DNA of 64,000 bases from Candidatus Bathyarchaeota archaeon (GCA_963827165.1 CAWGZR010000010.1:96001-160000); one strand, 5' to 3'; counted from the first letter of the stretch, positions 28,880 through 39,198 are shown. Translations and numbers: made by a program. The notes: a model not told the origin generated them from the letters alone.

Positions 28880-29758
28880 TTATTTTTTGAGTTCTGATAA
28901 GACAAAGTTCACGATTTCTTCGGCGATGTTAACTTTGGCAACGACTTGGAGCCCTTTCCACCCTGGCTGGCTGTTAACATCTACAATTCTCGGTCCCTGA
29001 GGTCCTTCAAGGATGTCCACTCCCGCAATTTTGCATCCCACTGCCTTGGCGGATTTAATCGCTAATTCCTCGAATTCTTTGCTGATTGTAGCGGGTGCGG
29101 GTTTGGCGCCTCGGCTATAGTTGGTTTTCCATCCTTCCGCGACACGACGCATGGATGAGACCACTCGATCACCGATCACAAAAGCGCGAATGTCTGAGTG
29201 TCCATGGGGTACGAATTCCTGCATGTAGATAACGCCGTGGTGGAAGGTGATGGCTTTGAAGATTGTGTCAGCGATGTCTACGTCGTTTACTCTTGTTGCG
29301 CCTTGTCCGCGTGAGCCGAAAATGGGTTTAACAACTATGTCGCCGCCTAACTCATCGAAGGCTTTGAGAGCTTCGTTGACGCTTTCAGTTGCTAAGGTAC
29401 GGGGTACGGGAACGCCGATGTCTTCCAAAAGCGCCAATATGTCATATTTGTCTACACAGTGCTCAATAGCTGTGGGCGGGTTCACCATGTAGAAGCCTTG
29501 GCGTTCAAGCTTGTAGAGCATGTCCATTCGGAAAACCAATTCCTCAAGAGAACCGCGTCCAATTGGGCGGATGATGAGGGCGTCCAAGTCGTCCAGTAGG
29601 CTGATGTCGTTGACTTTGAAGCAGGGTTTGTAGGCGAGTCTTGCGACGAGTCGTGGAAAAGTGAAGCATTCGTATGGGATGCTCCTTTTGGTTAATGCTT
29701 CCCGGACTTGGGTGCTGCTCCATGCTTCGGGGTTACGGGTCATTATTCCAAATCTCAA
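28880..29758 (-). CDS. RimK-family ATP-grasp alpha-L-glutamate ligase (MptN/CofF-like)
   Basis: VVKPIFGSRGQG, YMQEFV, DIRAFVIG, WKTNYSRG, AGVDIL and DVNSQPGW. Confidence 0.9.
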   Translation of the reverse strand: MRFGIMTRNPEAWSSTQVREALTKRSIPYECFTFPRLVARLAYKPCFKVNDISLLDDLDALIIRPIGRGSLEELVFRMDMLYKLERQGFYMVNPPTAIEHCVDKYDILALLEDIGVPVPRTLATESVNEALKAFDELGGDIVVKPIFGSRGQGATRVNDVDIADTIFKAITFHHGVIYMQEFVPHGHSDIRAFVIGDRVVSSMRRVAEGWKTNYSRGAKPAPATISKEFEELAIKSAKAVGCKIAGVDILEGPQGPRIVDVNSQPGWKGLQVVAKVNIAEEIVNFVLSELKK

Positions 29759-29855
29759 GTTGGATCTAATCCTTGCGTATCTTTCTTGAAGAGATGCTTA
29801 ATTGCCTGTGCTCTTAAATGTTCTGTGACCAAAAAAAGGAAGGCAAAGTTATTTG

Positions 29856-30350
29856 CTAAAACTTGCTTTCGAAGAAAAGACTTATTTTTTCTTTGTTCTT
29901 GCCGATTACGTCCCCTATAAATGCTCCCGAAATCAAGCAGATGATCAGGGTTGTCGTGGCGAAAAAATTGTTTCCTATAGAACTCGCGATTTGAACCCGA
30001 AGGCCAGTTGCATTTGAAAAAAGCACTATGGCTGCCCAAATGCAAAACCCGATGACGGATGCTCCGACAAAAAGAAACGTTGCCCTGCTAGAAATTTTTA
30101 GGGACGATGATGTGAATTTTAGGTAGTAGGCGAAGCCTATTATGAAAAGAACGCTTCCTAGCAAAAGCCCTATCCCTGCTGCAGCGACTTTCATCGTGTA
30201 CCCGTAAACTGACCCGAAAACAACCATCGTCACGGTCAGCATTAGCCAATAGGTTTTGCTTGATGTTATGCTTGTGGTTTTAGGCTGCACTTTGTTTTTT
30301 ATCTTTGAGTCAGTCTTTTTGGGATGGTTTTTCGGGTAAGTTTTAGGCAT
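29856..30350 (-). CDS. Hypothetical membrane protein (about 4 TMs)
   Basis: ATG start preceded by GGTGA; four hydrophobic segments. Confidence 0.7.
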   Translation of the reverse strand: MPKTYPKNHPKKTDSKIKNKVQPKTTSITSSKTYWLMLTVTMVVFGSVYGYTMKVAAAGIGLLLGSVLFIIGFAYYLKFTSSSLKISSRATFLFVGASVIGFCIWAAIVLFSNATGLRVQIASSIGNNFFATTTLIICLISGAFIGDVIGKNKEKISLFFESKF

Positions 30351-30449
30351 GAAGTTAAGGTCACCATCTGAGGCTTATTAATTTTTCAATTTGGAGCTCA
30401 CTCTTTCAGGGTCAAGTGGTGTTTCAGACTTAGCCTCTTGACAGTTTGA

Positions 30450-30698
30450 CTCGAGGCGAAATCAAAAAGTAGTCAGGCAGAGAAAATTGCAAAGGACGCT
30501 CGTCATCCGTATGGTGAGTTGTCAGTAGCCATCGTACGATTACAACGCGGCTCAAACGTTCTCACCAACAATAATCCTAACAGCAATACCGCAAACCACG
30601 GTGTTTATGGCTTTGGCGGAAACTATCCGTCCAACGGTAACTCAGGCCACGGGATGGGAGGTATAATGCGTGGCTGCGGAATGGGAATGACGAGATAA
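30450..30698 (+). pseudogene. Possible gene remnant with Gly/Met/Asn-rich C-terminus
   Basis: Stop-free frame ending GHGMGGIMRGCGMGMTR* with no good start codon. Confidence 0.3.
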
Positions 30699-30754
30699 AG
30701 CGGTGATTTCCATCCTTCAAAACTTCTTTTTTAGGCTAATTCTTCTTCAAGAGG

Positions 30755-32713
30755 TTATTTAACACGTTCAAGCCGCAGAGAATTAAGCAAAAGCAGCATG
30801 GTGACTCCGTCGTCGCCAGCGATTACGGTTGCAAGCAAACCAGTTACCCCAAGCACCCCTAATGTCCCCAAAATCAGTTTTATGACGAGTGATGCTGCTA
30901 TGTTTTGTTTGGCTATGCTCATGGTTTTGCCGCTTAACGCGATGAGGTAGGGGATTTGCGCCAATTCGTCTTTTACAAGTACGATATCCGCCGATTCTAA
31001 AGCAACATCAACCCCGGCGGCGCCCATTGCGATCCCGACATCCGAGGTGGCGAGTGCAGGTGCGTCGTTGACGCCGTCGCCGACCATTGCCACAAGCCCG
31101 TCTTTGCCCTTCATCTCTTCGATGCATTTGAGTTTGTCTTCTGGGAAAAGTTCGGCGTAGACTTCGTCAATTTTGAGGGCTTCAGCGGTTTCTTTGGCGA
31201 TTTCTGCCCTGTCGCCCGTTAGCATCGCGGTTTTTATTCCTTTTTTCTTTAGGTCGCTTACGGCTTTTAATGCATCTCCCCGTACTTGATCTACGACGCA
31301 GACTGTTGCGAACCCTTCTTTTCCGACGGAAACGCAGACTGAAGTGTGTGTGTCTGCTTCATCAATTGACATGGCTTCTTCGCAGTTACAGTCGAACTGT
31401 TTCATTAGCTCCGTGTTTCCGACTGCGACGAAGTTGCCGTTTACGTTTCCGATTATGCCTTTTCCGGGGACTTCCGTTAGGTCGGTGACTTTGTATTTGC
31501 TCAGGTCGATGCCTTCGTCTCTTGCCCTTCTGACTATGGCTTGGGCGACTGGATGATTTGAGAATTGGTCAAGGGCAGCTGCGAGCGCCAGAGCCTCCTT
31601 CTCGGTTCTGTGCGTCAACCTCACCTGATGGACGGCGGGTCTGCCAAGGGTCAATGTGCCGGTTTTGTCGAACACTACCCGTTTGACTTTAGCGAGTTTC
31701 TCCACATAAACACCGCCTTTGATAAGTACGCCTCTCCGGGCTGCAATGGTTATAGCTACGAAGACGGTTGCGGGAACCGAGATGATGAAGGCACTTGGGC
31801 AGGACACCACTATGAGGATTAGGGAACGGTAGAGCCACGTATTAAAGGACGCGCCGAAAACTAATGTGGGAACAACAGCGGTTAGGGCGGCTAGAGTGAT
31901 GATTATTGGGACGTAGACTTTTGCGAATCGGTCGACGAGATGCTCAATAGAAGCCTTGTGTTTGCCTGATTCAGAAACGAGGACCATGATTCTTGAGACA
32001 AGGGTTTCGCTTGCCTTTTTCGTAACTGAAACTTTCAGGATGCCGCTCATGTTCAACGTTCCAGCGAAAACACAGTCATCGATTCTCTTGGTAACAGGCA
32101 CTGATTCGCCGGTCACTAGTGCTTGGTCAACATGGGAGAAGCCCTCGGTAACGTTGCCGTCTAAAGGGATACGTTCGCCGGGTCTGACAAGCAAAATCAT
32201 GTTGGGTTCGACTTCGTTGACACCGACGGTTTTTTCTTCTCCCCCGACGAAAATTCTGGCTTTGTCAGGCATGAACTTTGACAGTTTCTCAACGGTTCGT
32301 CTTGCCCTGTCCTCGATGTAGCCTTCAAGGTATTCGGCGATTGAGTATAGAAACAAAACGGTTGCGGCTTCGAAAAACGCGTGAAGATATAGTGCGCCAA
32401 GGGCAGCTATAGCCATTAGGAATTCGACGGAGAACCTTTTTTCCAAGAAAAGCTCTCTCAGCCCGACGACGCCGATGTATATGGATGCGAAAAGCACCAC
32501 TACATAGTACAGGACTATGCTCAGGGTGGCTTTGAAATTGACGAGCGGAATGGTAAAGTTAAGGGGTACGCCTGAGTAAAGGAGGGTAAGCAAGCCGCCT
32601 ATGGTGATGGTTAAGCCTAGTAAAACTGCGAACGTAACCATTACACGTTTGTTTTCGGTCTGTTCCTCTTTCTGCGTGGGCTTTTCAACGCAGGTTTTGT
32701 CCTCAAAAGTCAT
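30755..32713 (-). CDS. Heavy-metal P1B-type ATPase (Zn/Cd/Co-type), no N-terminal metal-binding domain
   Basis: TGES, SCPS, DKTGTLT, HP and GDGVNDAP. Confidence 0.94.
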   Translation of the reverse strand: MTFEDKTCVEKPTQKEEQTENKRVMVTFAVLLGLTITIGGLLTLLYSGVPLNFTIPLVNFKATLSIVLYYVVVLFASIYIGVVGLRELFLEKRFSVEFLMAIAALGALYLHAFFEAATVLFLYSIAEYLEGYIEDRARRTVEKLSKFMPDKARIFVGGEEKTVGVNEVEPNMILLVRPGERIPLDGNVTEGFSHVDQALVTGESVPVTKRIDDCVFAGTLNMSGILKVSVTKKASETLVSRIMVLVSESGKHKASIEHLVDRFAKVYVPIIITLAALTAVVPTLVFGASFNTWLYRSLILIVVSCPSAFIISVPATVFVAITIAARRGVLIKGGVYVEKLAKVKRVVFDKTGTLTLGRPAVHQVRLTHRTEKEALALAAALDQFSNHPVAQAIVRRARDEGIDLSKYKVTDLTEVPGKGIIGNVNGNFVAVGNTELMKQFDCNCEEAMSIDEADTHTSVCVSVGKEGFATVCVVDQVRGDALKAVSDLKKKGIKTAMLTGDRAEIAKETAEALKIDEVYAELFPEDKLKCIEEMKGKDGLVAMVGDGVNDAPALATSDVGIAMGAAGVDVALESADIVLVKDELAQIPYLIALSGKTMSIAKQNIAASLVIKLILGTLGVLGVTGLLATVIAGDDGVTMLLLLNSLRLERVK

Positions 32714-32797
32714 CGTTTACCTAATAAAAAGAAAAATTAAAACAGCAAATATTAAGATGCTTGTGAAAAAAACGGTGGTTTTTAATAAACACCGCAT

Positions 32798-33784
32798 CTA
32801 AGGAAGGAACTGTTGGTATACTGGGTGGCCTTTGAACCGCAAAGTGGTTTCTGATGTTTCAATGGTTCCGCTGGGCAGCCGCATGCAAATCGAATTCACG
32901 ATAGCTCCATTTGGAATTACCCTTACGCCGTCTAACAGTTCGCCTTTTGTGACACCCGATGCTGCAAAAACCAGTTCTTTCCCTTTTGCAAGTTCATCCT
33001 GATTGTATGTTTTGTCGATTTCGACGCCAGTCGCCCGCAGGCGATCTAGGCGTTCGGGATCGTCTTTTTTATCCTGCCAAACCTTCGCAAGCATGGTTCC
33101 GCCCAAAATCTTCACTGCTGTCGCGGCTATGGTGGCTTCGGGTCCGGCTCCCGCCCCGATGAGCATGTCTACTCCACTGTTTGGTAGACAGCAGACTACG
33201 GCGCCTGCAATGTCTCCGTCTGGGATAAGTAGGATTCGCACACCTAGTTTCCTGAGTTGTGCGAGCAGAGTGTTGTGTCTTTCTCGTTCAAGCATGATAA
33301 CGGTGAAGGTTGATAGAGGGATACGTTTTTCACGGGCTATTGTCCGAACCAATTTTGGAATGGGCATGTCCATGGATATTTTCCCCATTGAATGGTAGTC
33401 TGTGGCGATTTTAAAGTAGTATCCGTCGTCAGGCAGCACTTGGAAGCATCCTGCTGGTGCACATGCTAAAGCGGAAATTGCATCTTTTCTGCCTTTGCTG
33501 GCAGCGGTGGTTCCGTCGACGGGATCAACGATGAATTCGACTTTTGGTCCTCCGCCTGTTCCGACTTTTTCTCGGCGTTCAAAAGAGGGTGCATGATCTT
33601 TGGGTCCTTCACAGCAGATTACTTCGCCTTCCACGTCTGTTTGGGCAAGCACTGCTCTTGAAAACTCAACGGCCTTTGCATCAATTAAGTCGCAATCGCC
33701 TTGACCTACATGCAAAGCGGCGCCTACTGCGCCCGCGACTGTTATTCTTGTTAAAGATGGGGCTAAAGCTCTAAGAGAAACCAT
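32798..33784 (-). CDS. glpX: Class II fructose-1,6-bisphosphatase
   Basis: EGPKDHAP, VDPVDGT, RERH, DGDIAGA and ASGVTKGELLDGV. Confidence 0.88.
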   Translation of the reverse strand: MVSLRALAPSLTRITVAGAVGAALHVGQGDCDLIDAKAVEFSRAVLAQTDVEGEVICCEGPKDHAPSFERREKVGTGGGPKVEFIVDPVDGTTAASKGRKDAISALACAPAGCFQVLPDDGYYFKIATDYHSMGKISMDMPIPKLVRTIAREKRIPLSTFTVIMLERERHNTLLAQLRKLGVRILLIPDGDIAGAVVCCLPNSGVDMLIGAGAGPEATIAATAVKILGGTMLAKVWQDKKDDPERLDRLRATGVEIDKTYNQDELAKGKELVFAASGVTKGELLDGVRVIPNGAIVNSICMRLPSGTIETSETTLRFKGHPVYQQFLP

Positions 33785-34009
33785 AACGTTATCTCCTCAC
33801 AGCGATATTTGGTTAATTCGTTACCGACCAACCAATATATGCTTTGCTAAAAAAGCCTCTTATCAATAGCTGCGAATGTTCATCCCTGCTTTTTTGTTTT
33901 CAGATTGCAAGTTGGAAGTATTTGCCCAAATTTGTACGCAATCTGGTTAATTTCTTTTAGAAGTTTCTGGCGCAATCGTTAAATTGCCGCCTTCTAAGTA
34001 TTCCCACCA

Positions 34010-34429
34010 ATGCCGAAAGACCAGGAAATAAAAGGCAATACGCTAAAGGCATATCTGTACCTTCTCAAACATGGTCCCTGCGAGCTGCGGGAGGTTCAGC
34101 GAGGTCTCGGCTTGTCATCAGCTTCTCTCGCGTCGTATCATCTTGGGAAACTTGCAGAAGCAAACTATGTGAAGCAAGATGAACAGGGAAAATACTACGC
34201 GGTCAAAGATGCCTCAGTTAAAGTTCTCGAAGGCTACTCCAAAGTCGGCCCTGCGGTTGTGCCTCAACTATTCTTCTTCTCGCTACTCTTCACTATCGTA
34301 GCCGCCGTCTTCTCTTTTGAAGCTCTTTATGGCTCGAATTTTACAGTTTGGTTAGTAATTCTCTGCAGTGCCATGGTTGCAGTATTCTGGTATGAAACAT
34401 TGATTCTTTGGCGAAGACTCACGGCTTAG
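34010..34429 (+). CDS. Winged-HTH regulator with two C-terminal TM helices
   Basis: REVQRGLGLSSASLASYHLGKL followed by two hydrophobic helices. Confidence 0.82.
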   Translation: MPKDQEIKGNTLKAYLYLLKHGPCELREVQRGLGLSSASLASYHLGKLAEANYVKQDEQGKYYAVKDASVKVLEGYSKVGPAVVPQLFFFSLLFTIVAAVFSFEALYGSNFTVWLVILCSAMVAVFWYETLILWRRLTA

Positions 34430-34543
34430 CAGAACGTTTCCAAGGTTTTTTTCAATGCTTTTGAACAAGCATTAAATGGTTTTTAAAAGCCTTTAAAAAA
34501 TGTAGGTTATTATTCTTTCGTGCCTATTTTCCGTCGATGCAAA

Positions 34544-35833
34544 ATGACTTTAAAATGGACTACTAAATATGGTATAGCAGCTATACTCGCAGCCGCACTG
34601 ATAATTTCGATTGTCTTTGTCGCCAACCCCAGCATCATACCCAAGCAAGCTTTGGGAAAATCCTCCTTCGCAGTTATGCTTACGGATCCACCAGTTGTGC
34701 CAGCTGGAACAACGGTGCTCAACCTCACATACTCAGACATCTCACTTGACATAAGCTACGTCAATGGAACTTCTGCGTGGCTTTCTGTGGGAGGTTCAGG
34801 AACAGTGAACTCTTTCGCATTGATTAACATGACCAAAACCATCGCATCAACCACTATCCCAACCAACTCCACCGTGAACAAAATCCAGTTTACAATTGCA
34901 AACGTAACGGCAGTAGTTAATGGCACAACCTACAACGTAACCACTCTTTCAAACACTCTTGTAATGTCGGTTGCTAATAGCAGAATCAACCAAACTTTCT
35001 CAGGCGTACTGGTTGACTTTAACCCCACACTCATCGAGATACAATCCGTTGATGCAAACGGAAACCCGGTCAACTACTATGTACTTGCCCCAAGCGCAAC
35101 CGCAACGGTCGTCGGCAGTTTAGACCGAGCGCAAGTCAAAGTTGGTACAATCGTGAAAATCGGCCAAAACGGACAGGTAGGAGTAGAACGCGTCGTTCAG
35201 AACTTCAGCCAAAACGTCACAATCTCCTCCGCCTCGCTCTCAGTCAACGGCAACACCACAAACCTCTCAGTAACCCTCACAAACACCGCAGACGTAACCT
35301 TCAGAATCTTTGGCATAACCCTCCAAGGCAAATTCAACTCCACCGTTAACTGGGCGCACGACTTCCAAATGCCATACCGCAACCCAGAAACAATTCCATT
35401 CCAAATCAACAACACCGATTTAGTTCCGCTTTTCGGACCAAGCTTCCAAATGCAGCCTATGATTCCGCAGGATGTTCGACCACAGGCGATAACTCAAGCA
35501 GCAAACCTCGTGCAGCCGCTCGACATGAGAATAGGAATGGGATACGGTAACCAAGGCGTCGGCTCGGGCTTTGGTGAAATGGGCATGGGCAAAGATCCTA
35601 ATGGTCCCCAAGGCGGAGATGACGACAGACCGGGAACTCCAGCTACAACATATTTGGCTCTGCAGCCAGGCCAAACAGTCACATTGACTTTCATCGGAGT
35701 CATCGGTAACCAGCAAGGGCAAAACTTCGATTATAGATCAGCATTGACAACTACCCCGATTGTGGGAAATGCATACACCATCCAGCTTACGGGCGAAGGC
35801 TTCCAAACCTACAGTGTAACCGCAACAACATAA
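34544..35833 (+). CDS. Secreted/membrane-anchored glycoprotein, DUF4382-like
   Basis: N-terminal TM, VMLTDPP motif and many NxS/T sequons. Confidence 0.75.
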   Translation: MTLKWTTKYGIAAILAAALIISIVFVANPSIIPKQALGKSSFAVMLTDPPVVPAGTTVLNLTYSDISLDISYVNGTSAWLSVGGSGTVNSFALINMTKTIASTTIPTNSTVNKIQFTIANVTAVVNGTTYNVTTLSNTLVMSVANSRINQTFSGVLVDFNPTLIEIQSVDANGNPVNYYVLAPSATATVVGSLDRAQVKVGTIVKIGQNGQVGVERVVQNFSQNVTISSASLSVNGNTTNLSVTLTNTADVTFRIFGITLQGKFNSTVNWAHDFQMPYRNPETIPFQINNTDLVPLFGPSFQMQPMIPQDVRPQAITQAANLVQPLDMRIGMGYGNQGVGSGFGEMGMGKDPNGPQGGDDDRPGTPATTYLALQPGQTVTLTFIGVIGNQQGQNFDYRSALTTTPIVGNAYTIQLTGEGFQTYSVTATT

Positions 35834-35960
35834 AACAAAGAAAACAATCTTCCTCATTTTTTATCTGCTTTTCTTAAAAATAATCTTTAACTTTCTGAAA
35901 AAAGAATAAATCAAAAATTGTTAAAAATGCTTTGTTTCTCGGGATTAAGCCTAAGATTTT

Positions 35961-36100
35961 TGCTGCAGGAAGGTTCGGCACAACGAGTAATACATAACTT
36001 GCTCCGTGGCTCAGTGGACACCCGTCATGGCGGGGACATGGCCATTCCTCACCACTTGCATCATGTAGTGATCGCAGAAAGTCGTGACCCGACCAACACT
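35961..36100. ncRNA. Candidate structured non-coding RNA, family and strand unassigned
   Basis: GC-richer island between convergent genes with nested helices: CTGC/GCAG, AGGAAGG/CCATTCCT, GAGTAA/TTGCTC, CCCGT/GCGGG, TCACCAC/GTAGTGA, GTCG/CGAC. Confidence 0.45.
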
Positions 36101-36167
36101 TGCTCTTTTAAACTAAGAGCTAAAAAGCCCGGCTAGACAATTTTAACTCCTAGAACGTGTTAGCAAA

Positions 36168-36797
36168 TTAATAAAAGCACGGAATATATTCGCGAACGCT
36201 AAAACCAACGGCTAGCCGATCCGCAACCGCCTTTACTCTTTCCAAGTCAACCTCCGGCATCCTGACAGCCGTCGTCTCAACCTCCAGAATATGCTTGGCG
36301 CCCTGTATGAAATCAACGGTTGCCTTGTAAGTTCCCTCAAATGTTGGCTTACAAATTTCCACGTAGGTTTCTTTGTCCCCAGCGTTTAAACTGACACTTA
36401 CCTTGTCAACGCCCGCTGTCCTCAGTTCAGTCGCAGTATCCCTGCCCATGTTAAGTATGTTACCGTGTCCGTTCGTGTCCACGCGAATCTTAAGTGGCTT
36501 GCAATAGTTCTTCCTTATCCACCGTGTAACCTCCAGCAAAAGATCGAGCCGCTCCGTGGGTTCGCCGAAACCGCAGAAAACCGCTTCATCCCAGCTCCGC
36601 ATGCCCAACACCTTCTCAAGCTCGGATGTAATCTGGTCAAGGTTCGGTTCTTCAACAAGTTTAAGGTTGAATCCGCCGACGCCCCGCTTGAAATTTTTGA
36701 AACAGAAAAAGCATCGGTTAGAGCAGCGGTTGGTGATGTTTAGGTAAAGTTTGTTGTCCAGCCAGTAGACAGCTTTGGGTTCCTCATCTTTAGCCAT
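36168..36797 (-). CDS. TatD-associated radical SAM protein
   Basis: LYLNITNRCSNRCFFC, VFCGFGEP-like motif, DTNGHG and SVSLNA. Confidence 0.88.
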   Translation of the reverse strand: MAKDEEPKAVYWLDNKLYLNITNRCSNRCFFCFKNFKRGVGGFNLKLVEEPNLDQITSELEKVLGMRSWDEAVFCGFGEPTERLDLLLEVTRWIRKNYCKPLKIRVDTNGHGNILNMGRDTATELRTAGVDKVSVSLNAGDKETYVEICKPTFEGTYKATVDFIQGAKHILEVETTAVRMPEVDLERVKAVADRLAVGFSVREYIPCFY

Positions 36798-36825
36798 GCC
36801 GTTCCTGCCTCATAAAATTCGGGCG

Positions 36826-37113
36826 CTAGCCGCCTGTCATTAGTGACATTATGATTACGTTGTCGCCGTTTTTAAGTGGGGTGTTGATGCCTTGAAGTTG
36901 GTCCATTAAGACGCCGTTGACCATTGTCACAAAGGTTGGCTTCATTTCTTTTTGGGTTGGATCGTAGACTTCTTGCGTGAATGGTTCGGCATATTTTTCC
37001 GCAATGCTACAGAGCAACTCAGATAGGAGTGAATCTTGTTTTAGGTCGAATTCCTCTTGACTCGTTTTCGTGAAGCTTTTGACTAGGCTCAAGTAGTGAA
37101 CTTTAACTTTCAT
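36826..37113 (-). CDS. MoaD/ThiS (SAMP-like) sulfur carrier
   Basis: Ubiquitin-like, MVNG, LKNGD and C-terminal GG; divergent from aor. Confidence 0.9.
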   Translation of the reverse strand: MKVKVHYLSLVKSFTKTSQEEFDLKQDSLLSELLCSIAEKYAEPFTQEVYDPTQKEMKPTFVTMVNGVLMDQLQGINTPLKNGDNVIIMSLMTGG

Positions 37114-37339
37114 TTCTACCACTGCAGTCGTTCTAGTGGATTGATAGAGGCACCTCTTATCTTTTTTCTGTGCCAAAAACAGCTTCTCACCTGCGAAACT
37201 CGAAAAAACGTTATTATTGCGAGTACAGATGGGAACCTTAAAACGCTTTTTTTAGCCATGAATTTCAAAAGTAAAATCCCATTAACTTAATATACTGTTC
37301 AACTGAGTATTTAGCTAAATTTAACGGAGGAACACGGGT

Positions 37340-39196
37340 TTGCTCGGTTACGCAGGAAAAATTCTACGCGTTAATTTATCCACAGGGAAGATTACTGTGG
37401 AGAAACTCGATGAAGAAACCGCCAAAAAATACATTGGCGGTATAGGCTTAGGCATGAAACTTTGGCTCTCTAACTCAAAAGCAGGTGTTGACGCATTCGA
37501 CCCTGAAAACCCGCTGGTTTTAGCGGTGGGTCCAGTTTCGGGAACAATGTTCCCAACAGGTGGAAACGGACACGCCTTCATTTCAAAGTCACCTGAGACA
37601 GGCGGCGTCGGCGAAGCCGTAAGCCACGGCACATTCGGCGCAGAAATCAAAAGAGCAGGTTACGACGCCTTAATTCTAGTCGGGAAATCCGAAAGACCAG
37701 TTTACCTTTGGATTGACGATGATTCAGTCCAGTTGTTTGATGCAGAAAAAATCTGGGGCAGATCACCCTCCGAAACCGAAGATGCAATTAAAGAAGAACT
37801 CGGCGACTACTATGTACGTGTCGCATCCATTGGATTGGCAGGTGAAAAACAATCCAAAATCGCCAACATAATAAACGAGAAAACACGTGCGGCAGGAAGA
37901 ACAGGGCTGGGCGCAGTGATGGGGTCAAAGAACCTCAAAGCCATCGCTGTTCGTGGAACCAACGACATAGTGGTTGCCAAACCTGAAGAATTTATTGAAA
38001 TGGTCAAAGAGTTTCATGAGCGAATGAAGGGGCCAGCTGCACAGAAATACCGAACTTTAGGGACATCAGAAAACGTGATGATACAGAACTCACTCCACTG
38101 CTTGCCCACACGCAACTTTAACAACTCATATTTTGAAAACGCTCAGAAAGTAAGCGGCGAAACCCTCAACGAACGGTACGTCGCCAAAATAATCGCTTGC
38201 AACTCGTGTGCAATGCGGTGTGAACATGAAGTCATAGTCCACGAAGGACCCTACAAGGGAACCATGGCACGAATGGAATATGATAACATCTGGGCGCTTG
38301 GTCCCAACTGCGGCGTCGACAAGCTTGACGCAATTATCAAAGCGGCCGAACTGTGCAATTATTACGGATTGGACGCTACAAGTACAGGTGTAACGGTCAG
38401 TTTCGTAATGGATTGCCACGAAAAAGGAATCCTAACACATGAGGATCTCCTCGGAATCGACGCTCATTTCGGCAACGCAGAAGCACTTCTGAAGCTTATT
38501 GAGAAAATAGGCAAGCGAGAGGGAATCGGCGAAATCTTAGCAGACGGGGTTAAAGCAGCCGCAGCAAAAATAGGTAAAGACTCAGACAAACTTGCCCAAA
38601 ACATTAAGGGTTTAGAAGTTACAGGCTACGATTTAAGATGCTTAAAAACCGCGGCTTTAGGATTTGCAGTTTCTTTCCGTGGTGCAGATCACAATCGAAG
38701 TGGCGCTTACACATTTGACATTTCAGGTAAAGTCGACCGTCTTAAAGCCGAAAAAGGCAGAGGCAAACTTGTAAAGGACTCCGAAGATGTCTACTCATTA
38801 ATTGACTCGCTTATTATCTGCAAGAACGCAAGAGGCACACTCTACAAAGAGATGCCTGATATGTCTAAACTCTACATGTTGGTAACAGGCTACGAGATGA
38901 CTCCACAGGAACTCAGCCTTGCAGGCGAACGCATAAACAATCTTGCACGGCTAATTAACATCAGAGAAGGATTTAGCCGAAAAGACGATACCCTTCCGTG
39001 GAAAGTTATGAACCAACCAATTCTTGACGATGGCCCAGCCAAAGGCGCTGTTGTAACTCAAGAAGAACTTGATTTACTTCTCGACGATTACTATATGTCA
39101 CGCGGCTGGACAACCAACGGAGTGCCAACCAAAGACGTTCTTACCAAGCTTGGACTGGAAGATTTATCAGACATAATCAAAGGAAAAGATGATTAA
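37340..39196 (+). CDS. aor: Tungsten-dependent aldehyde:ferredoxin oxidoreductase family, large subunit
   Basis: YAGKILRVNLS, KSPETG, AAGRTGLGAVMGSKNLKAI, CxxCxxxC, GLD and YY..RGW. Confidence 0.95.
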   Translation: MLGYAGKILRVNLSTGKITVEKLDEETAKKYIGGIGLGMKLWLSNSKAGVDAFDPENPLVLAVGPVSGTMFPTGGNGHAFISKSPETGGVGEAVSHGTFGAEIKRAGYDALILVGKSERPVYLWIDDDSVQLFDAEKIWGRSPSETEDAIKEELGDYYVRVASIGLAGEKQSKIANIINEKTRAAGRTGLGAVMGSKNLKAIAVRGTNDIVVAKPEEFIEMVKEFHERMKGPAAQKYRTLGTSENVMIQNSLHCLPTRNFNNSYFENAQKVSGETLNERYVAKIIACNSCAMRCEHEVIVHEGPYKGTMARMEYDNIWALGPNCGVDKLDAIIKAAELCNYYGLDATSTGVTVSFVMDCHEKGILTHEDLLGIDAHFGNAEALLKLIEKIGKREGIGEILADGVKAAAAKIGKDSDKLAQNIKGLEVTGYDLRCLKTAALGFAVSFRGADHNRSGAYTFDISGKVDRLKAEKGRGKLVKDSEDVYSLIDSLIICKNARGTLYKEMPDMSKLYMLVTGYEMTPQELSLAGERINNLARLINIREGFSRKDDTLPWKVMNQPILDDGPAKGAVVTQEELDLLLDDYYMSRGWTTNGVPTKDVLTKLGLEDLSDIIKGKDD

Positions 39197-39198
39197 AA

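Noticed and set aside
35940-36135. RNase P RNA, SRP RNA or HDV ribozyme identity for the structured element
   Set aside because: P4 cannot form with its bulged U, the SRP helix-8 motif is absent, and no HDV P1 partner was found. Kept only as unassigned.
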